DNA of 64,000 nucleotides from Lepidodermella squamata (Eukaryota; Animalia; Gastrotricha). Numbering within the stretch: the stretch's first letter is position 1; each line of letters starts with the position of its first letter. The stretch is taken from positions 1,178,001 to 1,242,000 of the forward strand of contig JBLDXI010000003.1 of the NCBI GenBank assembly GCA_047495785.1, written 5' to 3'. The notes beneath the pieces were generated by a model, which worked only from the letters and a program-made list of their open reading frames with translations, was not told the origin of the DNA and searched no databases. The translations under genes were made by a program, and so were the position numbers. Shown piece after piece: positions 15,281-27,896 of the stretch.

Positions 15281-18200
15281 ATGCCTGGTTTTGGTCAAGT
15301 TCGCACGCCCGGGCCGGCCGATAAGGTGTACAAAGACTACTGCCTGTACTCGTTCGACACGCCGCTGTCTGAAGACGGTCTCTACATATGCATGCGGTAC
15401 TTTTACGCGGTTTCGCGCCGCTTTCTCGCGCTGTACCACGAAAAAACCGGCGCATCAGCGTTTCTTCATTGGAAACAGGTGAAAACGCCGAAAGAGGCCG
15501 TGAATGGCTCAGCGGCGAATGGCTCGGCTAAGGTTAACGGGTCGAATGGTACGACGAATGGCGCGGCTAAGGGGCCGACCCGAATGGCTATCGGAGTTTC
15601 GGGCGGTTTCGACGTTGAAGAGTCGCATTTGTTTGAGATCACCAATTTTTACGAGGCTGTGCTCTACCCGGAAATGACGCGTTTCCCCCTCGAAGATTCA
15701 GCTGTGCCCGGCGAGGTTCGCGCCTCAGCCCAGGCGATTATTCAAGCCGCGTCGGCTCAGCACGTTGACAACAACGCGACCTCGATTTGGGACGGTGAGG
15801 TGCGTGAAATCAGCCGGCATTCGTTTGATCTGTTGCAGCTGCCGACGAATGGCAAAACGATCCCGCCGTCGGGTTGGAAATGCGAGCAGTGTGATAAAAC
15901 TAACAATTTGTGGCTGAATCTCACTGATGGTACGGTGCTGTGTGGGCGTAAAATGCATGACGGTTCGGGCGGCAATGGCCATGCCTTGGAGCACTACCAG
16001 CAGGTTGGCTATCCGTTGGCGGTGAAATTGGGCACGATCACGCCGAACGGCGGTGATGTGTACTCGTACACTGAGGATGACATGGTTCAGGATCCTAACC
16101 TCGCTCAACATTTGGTAAATTTATCATTATTACTATTATAACACCCTAGCGTAAAAATATGAATAGAGTCTAAACCACTGCAGTTCAGTTTTCTGGCCTT
16201 TGATTTGTCTGATTATTTCGAATATTTCGAGCAATATAAATCTGAGATTTCACGGCCTTTCACGGCCGAATTTTTATCTTTGGAAGAAGCAATATTTTTA
16301 GGAGTTTTCGAAGGCCCTGATCACTGTATTGAAACCCGCTTGTCTCCATCTATGACCGTTAAGACGAATTAGTGTGCGATAAGTGGTCTTTCCACTTATC
16401 GCACACTAATTCGTCTAAGCTGAATTCATCCTTTGCATTTGTTTCCTGCAATGCGCAGTATTATTATTATAATATCTTTATTTCGAAAAATATACTGTAA
16501 AAAATTCGTAAATTTTTTTCAAAGGGCACGGGCCGCTAACTTAGAACCAATTAGCGTAGTATAATTATGTTGAGTAGTGCGACAGAGAGAATGAAGTGTT
16601 AATAGATCGGAAATATGTTTAATAAAAATGAATTTCATAAAAATATCTGTACAAAAATGAAGTATTCGAACAAAAGTAATTATTAGACGGACAGCAATTA
16701 GAAAGATTGGCTGTGATCCAATTTAAAATGTCTTCATCAAGACCAATGAGAGACAATTTTTTGAGAAGCTTGGAAAGACATACAGAATCAAAGGCCTTGG
16801 CAAAATCAATATACATGATGTCAACAAATTCACCGCATTCAATAGCAAAGCACCAATCCAGGGAACATTCGAGCATCTGAGAGGCAGTGGACTTGCGAGA
16901 TAAAAAACCATGTTGCTTGGGTGTAAAATGAATTTTCGAGTAAGAAATCAAGAATATGCTAAGTATGCAAAAAAATAATACTATCTCGTCTTTATTTTCA
17001 ATCTTTGTAATTTCTCATTTTAATAATCAATCAATGTCACTTGGAACTCAACTGGCAGTGATTCGTCGATGGCCATTTAGCCCTGGAGAGCTCGTATAAT
17101 TTGTAACATGGTAACCTGAAACCTTGAGGTCTTTGACGACCTCGTTTCCGTTGTAGAACGATAATTTTATACCTGACCAGTTGCTTGGCAACTGCCAGAA
17201 GAAAGCTCGGCAGTCTTCGCGGTAAATTAGCCAGGCGTTGATCAAACAGACTGACAGCAGCCAGAAGTAAATACGCCGATACCATTTTCGCGACTTGTGA
17301 TCAACCCGATACTGCGCTTGAAGCATATCGTGAAGGTTGACGCCGCCCGTAGTAACTGTAAACTGCCCGCTGATAGTTACGCGTAGTGATGAGACTTTTG
17401 TTTCGGCTTGAATATAAAAAATTAAGACAAAAACTTAACGCGTAAGAACGCGTTGGAAACTCGAGTTTTAGTCCGTTTAGCGTTCGAATATCGTGAGTCG
17501 TTCCATTCGCCTGAGAATTCAAACAGTTGGATACTATAATGAGGTCAAAACTGAATGATTAAAGCAGGTACCTCAAAGAAATCAACCGGCGTCCCCGCGT
17601 CTTTACGCGGCGACTTGCTTGCCTTATTGCCATTCTCGTCTTCCTTCGTCTTTCGGCTCTCAGCGGAATTATTCGCGGCCGCGTCAGCATTGCCATGACC
17701 AATTTTTCGACCGCCGGGAATGTTGTGCAGCGTAACATATTTACGGACGTACTCGATGGTATTTTGCTGTTGTCGGCTTCCATCCTTGGAAGGTCTGCAG
17801 AAGGGAAAGTCAATTTTGAGAGAAAGTTGTTCTAAGTTCGCAGCAAAAGGATGGGCTGGCCGTGTTATTGTCCCTTTCAAACTGCAACGCAGAAAAAGAT
17901 TGAGCTTTGTATTTCAGTTGACACTAGTTTCACTAGGAAAATCAACCAGCTGCAACAGCTATAATTTCTTGGAGTTTGTTTTCACCAAGTCGACCAAAGT
18001 CACAGGGAAATTGTTGGGTAACAGCGCCCGCTCTTTCTGTTTTAAGTAGGCTACAATCGCCCTCTTGGAAATAATCGATCATTTCATTGTTTATTCCAAA
18101 ATTTTCAAATTTTTTTGAGATCAATTTTTTGGATGGATTTGTAAAATTGCAAATTAAAAGCTTAACCACGTTTGTTTTATTTAGGCTCACTGGGGTATCG

Positions 18201-21200
18201 ACATCAACAAAATTGAGAAAACCGACAAGACAATGGCGGAGCTTGAAATCGAGCTCAACAACCACCTGTGGGAGTACCGCCTGTTGGAGCAAGCCGACCA
18301 GAAAATGTCGCCAGTCTACGGCCCCGGCCTCACGCCGATCACAAATCTCGGCAACACGTGCTACTTCAACTCCGTGCTTCAAGTTCTCTTCTCCGTCAAC
18401 GATTTTGTCGAAAATTTCGCGAAAAAGTACGACGCCTTCGCCCGCCAACCGGCGCCGGGTGATTGCATCCGCGATTTGCGATTCCAGCTGGCGAAAATCG
18501 GCAATGCCCTCGTTTCGGGCGAGTACAGCCATCCGAAGAAATCGGAGAAGAGCGCCCTGCCAAACGGCATCGAACCTCACACTTTCAAGGCTTGCATTGG
18601 CTTTTTGAATTCTGAATACGGCTCAGGTCGCCAACAGGTAAGAATGCGTTGAAAATAATATTATAAAGCGAATTTAAATTTTGAGACGATTAAGAAATTC
18701 GATGTGGTGATTTTTATTGCCTGATCAGTTTTTCACCTGCGAATTAATTAAGACAGCCCAATGGTTTTACTATACTCAAAATCTTGAAAAAATCCATTGT
18801 AATATGAAAAATCGAATCAGAAATAATTTATTAAGGCAGTGAAAATTCGATTGGAATTGGATTGGAAATTCTAAAATAATTAAGACTTTTTTTACTATTC
18901 GCGCTTGAATGGGGTTTCAGTTACGAATAATTGCAAATTTTTCTGAACATTTAAAACTTGATAAGCCCTGGAATTTTTCTCGTTAAGATAACCGAGTCTT
19001 TCATGTCGAATTTTCTTTTTATTGTTGCTCATTTTCACCCAGTTCGATCTTTTTTTTAAATAAACTTTGGCGACCCTTGAACCTTCAAGCCTCTTATCAC
19101 TAAATTATATGTAATTCGAAACAACATTTATGAATAGCTAAAGAGGCCAAGGTTGACTTGATAGGGAAGGAACTTACAGCTCTCTTCGATATGCTTGAGG
19201 CCAAAAATTTTCGAGTGTCGAGGGACACCGTTTTCCCATCATCCGACGAAAAAATGACGTTTCGATAGATTTTTTTCAATTTTGAACGAAATTTGGTTTT
19301 TTTAATTTAGGTATTTTTTCAATAATTATTCTCATTATTTTAAGGATTTTTTACTATTTTTTCCTGTTTTTTTCTAACTTCAGGATGCGCACGAATTTAT
19401 GTTGTTCCTATTGCAACAAATCGACCAAGTCATCGGCACAGGCTCGCCAGCCAAGGCGTTCGAATTCGAAATGAAGCAAGCCATCGTCGCTCACCCATCA
19501 AACAGCGACCCGCTCGTTAAATTCATGTACACCCCCGAAACCGTGCTCTCCGTCAATTTGGACATCGAGCCTCTGAACGCGAAGGAATTCCTCGACTTCG
19601 AGAAGCACCGCCTTGAAGTCGAAGCTAAAGGCGAAAAAATCCCGCATGAACAGTATGTTCGCAAGCGTTACTCGATGGCATCGCTCATCGAATCTATCAG
19701 CCACCCTGTTGAGCTGGACGGCCTGCGTCTGAGTGCTAACGGGGCCGCCATCCCGGCGACATCTTTCGCCTCGATGGCAACGTACCCGGACGTTTTGGTG
19801 GTTCATGTCAAGAAATTCGGCCTGAAGCCCGACTGGTCGCCGTACAAAATGGACGTTGAAGTCGACGCGCCTGATGTGTTGAATGTCGAGGAGATTTTTG
19901 CGAAGAGCAAGCTGTTGAACGATGTTCAGTCGATGAAATTCTTGCCCGAACCGATCATTGAAAAGGCTGCTTTGGATTCTCTCGTTGAAATGGGTTTCAG
20001 GTAAAGTAGAAGCACTTTTTAGTGAATATACAGAGTAAAAATAAGGAAGCGCAATTTTCATCATTCGAAAATGTTCATAACACAAAGGTGAGCCACATCC
20101 ACAGGAACAGTAGGCAAAGATTTCCTCACCACAGGGGCAGCGGGAGTAGTTGACCTTGGTGACACGGTTTGAGGTGGTCAGCGTAGGCCTCGACTCGTTG
20201 CCGTGAACTTTCTTCTCAGGCTCGCTGGTGGCTTGCAGTAGGTCAGCTAGCTTCGACAACTTAAGGCGGCAATCTTCAGAACAGGTGAAGTCCTCTCGGG
20301 GACCATCAGCTTCCAAAGATTGCGATTGATATTACCGATAGCCAGGTAACCGGTCTTGCATACATTGATGCAGTTGTGATGGAAGGGGCATTTACAAACC
20401 AGGCACATAGGGCCGTTATTTTCGTATGTTTTCTTGCAAATGTTACAAGCCATTGAAAGCATGTGCTTCAAATAGCGAGCAAAACGACGTTTTTTTCAGA
20501 ATGGGAAAGCGAAAGTGAAGTTGTTATTGCTTCTGTATGAACTAATTGAGTAGGAAGCAGAACTTCCGGAATCGAAAGGTGTGGGATTCTCGGTTGCATT
20601 ATTTCTTCTCTTTGGTGGCCTTCCTCGCTTCCGTTTCGATGTATCTTCGCTGTTTGATTCGGTGGTACTATCTCGAGTTCAATCGATCATAGGTGGCTTT
20701 TTTGAGCTCGGAGATAGCTGTCTTTTCGTACAGCTTGAGTTCATCATTCGACTGTGATCTTAGCGGTCTGTATCAAGGATTTTTAGCATTACTATCAAAT
20801 ATTGCAAAGGCTCTATCCAGCTAAGGCCAAGCTTAATCTTTCAGATTCGGCCCGTCTCTGCCTGCCTTCATCGCCTGTTTGTTTTAATCCCGTTTCTTCG
20901 AATAGTTCGATATGCGTATAGTTTCCTTTCCTTGCTGTCTTCATATTTCGCTTTCAACACGGATTCAGGGTGATCGGCGGATTTTGTCATTGCGTTGGTC
21001 AGCTTGGCGTTGTAAAACGCCCAGAAGCGCTCAATAGGGTTGTATGCACTGTATCTTGCAGCATGGGACGTGAGCACCATTGTTTCGGCTTTAGTTTTTC
21101 GAAACAGCCGCCATTAGAGTACTCGATTCGCGATATGCTCCTGTGACTAATCAGGGCCGTTGTCAGTGATTGGAAAAATACAGGGCGTTCGCGTAATAAT

Positions 21201-22718
21201 ACTCTGGGTGAGCTAAAAATAGCTGCAAAAAGCTAAAATGAATGCAAAAATTTGCAAAGCTATTTTTAGCAGAGTATTATTATTGTATTTCGCCTCAAAT
21301 TTTCGGAAGCCATCGGAATGACATTTTTAATCAAGAGAGCTGAGAGAGAAATGTCTGGTTTTATTATTGTAGCAAGCGTGACAATCGGCGGAGGGCGGCG
21401 CCTGGAGCGGCAGCGGCTTGCGAAGGTTCGGATCTAAAGGCCGCCATGGCGTTTTTCAGTAAAAGCGGTTGCTTTGCTTGCAACTTCACGGAAAATTTGT
21501 TACCCGCGCCTAAATGAATGAAATAAATCGGCATCGTTTGCCCACGCCATTCAATGTTTCGAGCAAATCCCATCTTTTCACGAAGTTCACAGTAGGGACT
21601 AATGTCGTAGCGTCGAAACTTGTCTGCTTTGGGCTTTTTAAGTTTCTTTCTAGCAGCCACTACTAGAGCCGTAGTAGTGATTACTGCTTCAAGAATGGAA
21701 TGGAATCGACTTTAATGTAGAATAGCTCTAAGACGCGTATAAGAACCCGAATTAAGATAGAATTATTATGTTCTGACATTTTTTTGAAAGCTTCGTAATA
21801 ATTTGATTATTTTCTATAGTAAAAACGCTGCCACGAAGGCGTTGTATCACACTGGTGGCAACGGCCGGCGCAACTTGGACGCAGCCATCAACTGGGTAAT
21901 GGAGCACGGCGAAGACGCCGACATCGAACAACCGCTAGCCGACCCGGTTCAAATCGTGCAATCCCGCCCGACTGGCGGCGCCGGTGCTCTGGCCGCCCAA
22001 CGCGACATGCTGGGCGTGAAACGCCGTCGTATGTCTGGCGTCAGCGCAGATTTGATCGAACAAATCGTCGGAATGGGCTTCACCGAGTCGCAGGCTAAAA
22101 ACGCCCTCGTCAAGTCGAACTGCAACGTTGAACGCGCTATCGAATACATTTTCAACAACCCGGATGAGGTTTGTCAATTCCCCGAAAAATTTCGATTTTT
22201 CTGAAAAATGGGGAAAAACGCGACTTGTGTGTGCGAGTAATTTCTTAATTTTTGAGAAATTTTGGACCTGCGATATTGGTTCTCCGGAGCAAAAAATTCG
22301 TCTTCACGAGCGCGGTCCAAAATTTCTCAAAAATTACGAAAATACTCGCACACCAAGTCGCGCTTTTTCCCATTTTTTCCAGAAAAATGCTGCGAATTCT
22401 GAAAAAATCGAGAAAATTTTTGTATTTTTTTCGTAGGCTTTGATTGAGGAGAGTGACCAAATGGTCGATGATTCAGCCCCGTCTGGTTCAGGCTCTCAGT
22501 CGCAACTGCCGCAGGACCCGACGTACCGCAGCGGGCCGGGCAAGTACGAGCTGTTGGGCTTCATCTCGCACATGGGCGGTTCGCCGCACAGTGGCCACTA
22601 CGTGGCTCATTTGCGCAAAAACGGCCAGTGGGTGCTGTTCAATGACGACCACGTGACTGCGTGCAACGACCCGCCGCGTGCTTTCGGCTATCTCTACTTC
22701 TACAAGCGGACCAATTGA
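15281..22718 (+). CDS. USP5: Ubiquitin C-terminal hydrolase 5/13 (isopeptidase T); exons 15281-16114, 18185-18637, 19384-20000, 21820-22168, 22437-22718 (~844 aa)
   Basis: ZnF-UBP (CEQCDKTNNLWLNLTDG..CGR..GGNGHALEHY..LAVKLGTIT); Cys box NLGNTCYFNSVLQ; QQ|DAHEF; two UBA domains (LVEMGF, IVGMGF); His box HMGGSPHSGHYVAH..FNDDHV. Four GT-AG introns join in frame. Confidence 0.94.
16362..16416. repeat. Perfect 25-bp inverted repeat with 5-nt loop in USP5 intron 1
   Basis: agacgaattagtgtgcgataagtgg-tcttt-ccacttatcgcacactaattcgtct. Confidence 0.95.
16700..16940 (-). mobile_element. Decayed non-LTR retrotransposon (CR1/Jockey-type LINE) reverse transcriptase fragment
   Basis: QHGFLSRKST..VDIMYIDFAKAFDSV..LLKKL..G..ILNWI..L.N matches the LINE RT QHGF / D-x-x-KAFD motifs. 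Confidence 0.85.
17215..17355 (-). mobile_element. piggyBac-like transposase C-terminal fragment (decayed)
   Basis: GGVNLHDMLQAQYRVDHKSRKWYRRIYFWLLSVCLINAWLIY matches the PGBD GGVD..D....Y......KWY...F..L....NAW.LY motif; the catalytic D is changed to N. Confidence 0.8.
20060..21185 (-). mobile_element. Decayed DDE DNA transposon (Zator/TP36-like) with AT-hook and Cys-rich (PHD-like) C-terminal remnants, in USP5 intron 3
   Basis: ITDNGPD*SQEHIANRVL*WRLFRKTKAETMVLTSHAARYSAYNPIERFW with in-frame stops; downstream KRKRGRPPKRR, CNICKK..CLVCKCPFHHNC and CPCG..CSCGCG..CYEH. Confidence 0.62.
21194..21282. repeat. Short fold-back (MITE-like) element
   Basis: taataatactctg / cagagtattatta and gctaaaaatagct / agctatttttagc are nested reverse complements. 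Confidence 0.7.
22196..22387. mobile_element. MITE-like element with ~70-bp imperfect terminal inverted repeats, filling most of USP5 intron 4
   Basis: The left arm ...cgcgacttgtgtgtgcgagtaatttcttaatttttgagaaattttggacc (ends 22268) pairs with the right arm ggtccaaaatttctcaaaaattacgaaaatactcgcacaccaagtcgcg... (starts 22314). Confidence 0.75.
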
Positions 22719-24249
22719 TTACATTGCTCGCGACGATTTTGAACATTCCGTCATTTTTCTCAGCCGAATTTATATATATACAAATGTACGAATATGTAAT
22801 AACATTTCGCGTCGTTGTAACTTTGAGCCAAAAAATGCACAGTAACGTTATCCAAGTGATGTAAAAAAAAATAACTGGTTTAAACCGGTGGTAAATGCGT
22901 CTCATTTTCAGTATGATTACATTGACTTTCTTCTTTCAGCGCGAATCTTGTCGGAAAAAATATGTTGTGACACAAAAACATTGCGCTATATTGCTGGCAT
23001 GAATAATGGAATATGTATGGAACATACCCGAGAATAAAATTATTATTATTGTGACACCAAGTTACGTTTTGTGTGTATTTACCTGCGTTAGACTTTTAGG
23101 CATCATGCAACGGCACATGCCGTGAGATGGTGTGAGTGTTGACGTAACTTCTCAAATTTCAAAGTGTGAAGATTTTTGTACGTGAACAATTCGTGAACAA
23201 TTGAAATAGGATATATGATAACTTCATGAGTGGAGTGCCGCTAAAGGGCTCATACGGGGCAATTGACTAGTTGCGGACGAATCCTGTTTTTGAGACGCTG
23301 AATTCAATACCGGAAACATTTTCTGTGCCTACAGTAAATTGGTGTAACCCTGAACAGTGACTTGCCAAAATTAGGTGACTTTGATTTTCAATAATTGAAG
23401 GTGGTAAGGTTAACACCCGTTGGATAGCCTGAAAGACGGGCTTTTGGAAAATAGCATATGTTCAATTTATTTGAGGCGGATTCAGTTGAGCAGTTACGGA
23501 AGTTCTACCAAAAATAAATAATTTCGAACATTTTATCATGATTTTAAGTGTAATTTCACGGAATAGGTTGTATTGATGTGCACTGGCGTTTTCTTGGGCT
23601 ATCCAACGGTACCGCATTCATGGGGTCTTTACCGCAGCACCTTCGATTTTTGATATGCCGAAGTCATTCCAATTTACAATATTCAGCTTACGAATCACAT
23701 TTGCTAATTTCGCACGAGCCCAAGGCCACCAGGCTGCGTGCTGCATGCTGCCAGAAGTCACTGCTGTTCGTGCAAACTTAGGGTTCAAAGGCTGGTGAGT
23801 CACCAATGTCAGACTCCGTGATGATTTAACTTTAAAGCCCAGACACGCTAGTCACGCCTGAAGGCCCTGGATTTTTGCTATTACCTATAATCTATAATTA
23901 TCTACAGGCGTTGGGCCCTGGTCAGAATGCTTATAGCATGTTAACGCCAATTTGACGAGGCCATTGACACATCTGAGTGCGTGGGCGCCGTCTGAGTCAC
24001 AGAGCGACGTTAGCACGTTGAGTTGATTTAGAACAGGTGGCGTGGAGTAGTACTGAAGTGTTTCACCGATGACTAACCGTCTAGCGCTACTCGACTACCT
24101 GAACTCAACGACCGGGAGCAAATAAATCACTTGCTTACACATCCCACTCTACCACGCTTGCTGTTTATAAGCTGCAATTCAAGTGTCAAACGCCAGGATC
24201 CTAAAACGATCAAGTAACCAATAATCACCTTATTTACTTTAACAACAAA

Positions 24250-26258
24250 ATGTTTGTACGATACACAGTTCTACTCACTATTTTTGCTCAAAAATGCTTG
24301 TCTGCAAAAGAAGTAGACAATCGAGTGGCATGTCAGCCACCTCCTGCGATCATGAACGGCTATATAAGCGGCGGAAATCTCACTGCTCTTGCAGGAGATA
24401 TTCGTATGATCGTTTGTTACCCAAATTTCATCCGAACTGGTGACAGCTACGTCATATGCAGCAAATACGGAAATTGGATTATGGATACCGGCTCTTGCGT
24501 CCACGGAGATCACATTCATTGCGGAGATCCTCCACTTCTTCGATACGGTTTTATCGAGCCCGGAGGTGTGGAAACCGGTGCCATGAGGAAAATAATTTGC
24601 CTACCAGGTTACTCGATCCCAGATGACTCAAACTATGCGACCTGTCAAGAGGATGCGACGTGGCTTTTGCCGGCTCAATGTGCCAGGGACTGTTCAGATT
24701 CCCCGAAAATCGATAATGCCTTCATAACCCAGGGCAGCTACAAGGTTGGCACTGTTAGGACCTTCATCTGCCGAGAAGGTTACAAGCTCCAAGGCAGTAA
24801 CACTTCAGTCTGCGAAATTAGCGGTAACTGGAATAACCAAGGAAGTTGCGTTGAAGGTAAGATCAGTTTCCCTTTAATTTCTGTCAATAATGTAATGGGA
24901 TTTTTCAGATTCAAGTGCCGCTAAAGAGTGCCCAGTGTTGCCTTATGTGCCCAACGGAGCCGTGATCCCTGGCACCAACGAAGTCGGGGCCATTAGATTT
25001 GTGCTCTGCGATCCAGGTTACGAAATGACAAAAGATGCGGAAAATGCGATAGTTTGCAAGTCCAATGGCTTTTGGACTGAGCCAGGTGTTTGCGTCCTCA
25101 CTGGTAATATTTTTGAATAAAAAAATACATTTATCATCATTTCATGTTTGTATAGCTCGCGTTCTTCTAACTACAACACAACGAGCGAGAGCACCGGCGA
25201 CTAACCCCACTACTATTCCTAACTTTACTACAACGCGTCGAGCTGTAACTGGTGGCAGTGGGTCTGTAGCTACAACAAGGAGGAGTGTTACAGCTGCAAG
25301 TGCTAGAACAACAACTCGCCCTACCACTTCAACTACAACTACTACCACAACCTCGAGGCCGAGAGTATCAACCTCCCAAACCTTCCGAACCCGTGCGACC
25401 ACTAACAATGACCTTCAAGATGTGATTACGACTCGACCAACTGTTGTAACTACAACAAGCCAGGTTTTCCGCACTCAAGCCCCGACTTGCTGCGACGTGA
25501 AGCCGAAAACTCGGTCCTTGGCGCTGATCGAGGCCAGTAAGCAGGGCGATAGAGACCAAGTGCTACGTCTCCTTGACTCTGGGGCAGATCCTAACTCGGC
25601 CGATGTTAATGGGTGGACAGCCCTTATGTGGGCAGCTAATTCGATGAGTTTGAATCAAAGCGCCATTATCTATGACCTCATGTCATGCTGTGTTGATATC
25701 AATGCGAAGAATCAAGCTGGAATTACTGCTTTGATGGTCGCGTCACGGTCCGATCGAGTCGCACCTGTGAGACTCCTTTTGAGAAGAGGCGCGAATGTTA
25801 ACGCAGTCAACGATTTCGGATTCTCAGCTCTCATGTACTCTGCGCAAGACGGTTCTGCTTCCGTTGCTGAGGTTCTCCTTCAATCTGGGGCAGACATCAA
25901 AGTTCGAGATGTCAATGGGGATGATTCATTAATTTGGGCATCGAGATCTAACAAGTCCGAGACTGTTGATTTACTCCTTGCGAATGGAGCTGATGCTAAA
26001 TCGGCGAACAAGCGTGGAACTACGGCTTTGATGCATGCTTCTGAGAAGGGCTATATCCAGATTGTTACTAGCCTGTTGGCTAGAGGTGCTAATGCTACAG
26101 CTGTTGATGCGGACGGAAACACGGCGATGAGCTTGGCGAGGGAGAATGGTCAAAGCGCTGTTATCAACATTTTAGCGGCTAAGAGATACGCTGCTATGAC
26201 TCTCGATGGATCCATTGATATGTCAAAAGCTGTTCGAAACATGTTCAGCGATAACTAG
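24250..26258 (+). CDS. Array gene A: secreted 4x Sushi + Thr-rich linker + ankyrin module; exons 24250-24856, 24909-25103, 25156-26258 (~634 aa)
   Basis: Signal peptide MFVRYTVLLTIFAQKCLS; C..P.I.NG...C..GY...C...G.W...G.C modules; TCCDVK cap; GWTALMWAA and GADPN repeats; AATAAA at 26270. Confidence 0.88.
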
Positions 26259-26474
26259 TTCTTTTATTGAATAAATCCCGAGTGAAGCTGCATTTCAAGG
26301 GTTTAGTTTACACAACGGCAAAAACTGGTGCCGTGAATTTTTTTACCAGTGATACTCAAATTGCTGCTATTTCTGACACGAACCTGACACGTAGTAAAAT
26401 TTCGTGATATGTTCTGTCAATACGACACAATCCGCAAACGGTTAACACCATACTTGAAACTCGACGATACCTTA

Positions 26475-27741
26475 ATGTATTCAAGAATTTTCGTTCTCTT
26501 ACTATTCACACTTCGATTTACCGAGGCGCAGTTTTTCAATTTCCCAGGTCCACTTCAGCCATTTTTCAACAACAGACCGATTTTAAATCAGCAAAGTATT
26601 TTTCCAATACAATTTTCGAACCAGGGACCTATTAATGGAATCGGCTTTGATCTCTCCTTACGGCCAAATTTGTCTCCGATTACACCATTTCAAAATATAC
26701 TACCCCAAGGCTGCTCGCCGCCTATTTCAAACATTGAGAACGGAATGATAGAGATGAAACTCCAAAATCTATTCGCCCCTTTCATGCAGCAAGAATTTTT
26801 CAATCAGTTTTTCAAGAATTCAGCCCTCGTGAATCACTACAGCGTGGGTAAATTATTTACCGAACTTATTCTTTCACCTTTAATTCATGCGATATAAAGG
26901 AAGCCAATTGACAGTTCGCTGCAATCCTGGATTCGTGTTACAAGGTCCTGGGAGCACAACCTGTTTGTCGAACGGAGGCTGGTCTCTTGTAGGAAAATGT
27001 TTACCCGCACTTAAAGCAGCATCAGAAGGTGCTTGTGACTGCCCTTCGGATAGCAGCAGAACGCAATCCGTAGAACTTATTGAAAAAGCTCGATCTGGAA
27101 ATGCCTCTGCAGTGGCTCGTCTTCTTGCTAACTGCGCCGATCCAGACTCACAAGATCCGACCAACAAATGGACAGCATTGATGTGGGCCTCGAATAACGG
27201 TCATATCAGAGTAGCGGAAAAACTGCTAGATTGCGAGGCTGATCCTAATTTGCGAAACATAGCTAACTCAACAGCTCTTATGTTTGCGGCGAAAAATGGC
27301 AACTCATCCCTTGTCGACCTTCTTCTGGCAAATGGAGCTAACGTAAATGCATCCAACGACTTCAGATCAACAGCTTTAGCTTTTGCGGCTCAAAAAGGGC
27401 TTACAGATGTTGTGAAACAGCTGATACGTGCAAAGGCTGATATAGACGCTGTAGATCTTGACGGAAATACTGCCTTGCATTGGGCAACTCGGGGCAACCT
27501 CTCAGAAACTGCTGCTGCGCTGATTTCAGCCGGGGCTGATATCGACAAAGTTAACAAGAACAAGCAAACAGCCTTAATGATAGCGGCAAAAGGAGGATTT
27601 TTGCCGATTGTTAAGCTGCTGGTTGACGAAGGCGCTAATGGAAGCGCTGTTGATATCGAGGGCAACACAGCCGCTAGCCTGGCGGAAGAATACGGTCATC
27701 AAGCTATTGTTGACGTGTTGAGAGAGCGCGACACCAGATGA
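26475..27741 (+). CDS. Array gene B: secreted F/Q/N/P-rich N-terminus + 1 Sushi with loop insertion + ankyrin module; exons 26475-26847, 26900-27741 (~404 aa)
   Basis: Signal peptide MYSRIFVLLLFTLRFTEA; Sushi CSPPISNIENG..VRCNPGF..TCLSNGGWSLVGKC across a 52-nt intron; CDC cap; ankyrin repeats. Confidence 0.86.
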
Positions 27742-27896
27742 TGTATAGCGCGTGGTAATTACCTCACTAGCTTATTGTTTTATCATCACATGAAATTGAA
27801 ATAAATCACTGCGCATTTATGGTGTGTTTACCTCAACTTTGTTGTTATTCCTACTTAGTAACGATGACTAAAAGTGGCTAATTGAGATTGCGAGTC

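Noticed and set aside
17545-18060. Coding-looking, moderately GC-rich segment in USP5 intron 1
   Set aside because: Short interrupted ORFs with no motif I can recognise; may be more TE debris but cannot be supported without a search.
17942-18608. 212-aa minus and 173-aa plus ORFs overlapping USP5 exon 2
   Set aside because: Alternative-frame or antisense shadows of the USP5 exon running into intron sequence.
21364-21660. 98-aa minus-strand ORF in USP5 intron 3
   Set aside because: Non-ATG start and no recognisable domain; possibly part of the adjacent decayed transposon.
23100-24120. Possible degenerate retroelement between USP5 and the array (GIEFSVSKT-like peptide on the minus strand)
   Set aside because: Only a weak motif with stops nearby; insufficient evidence.
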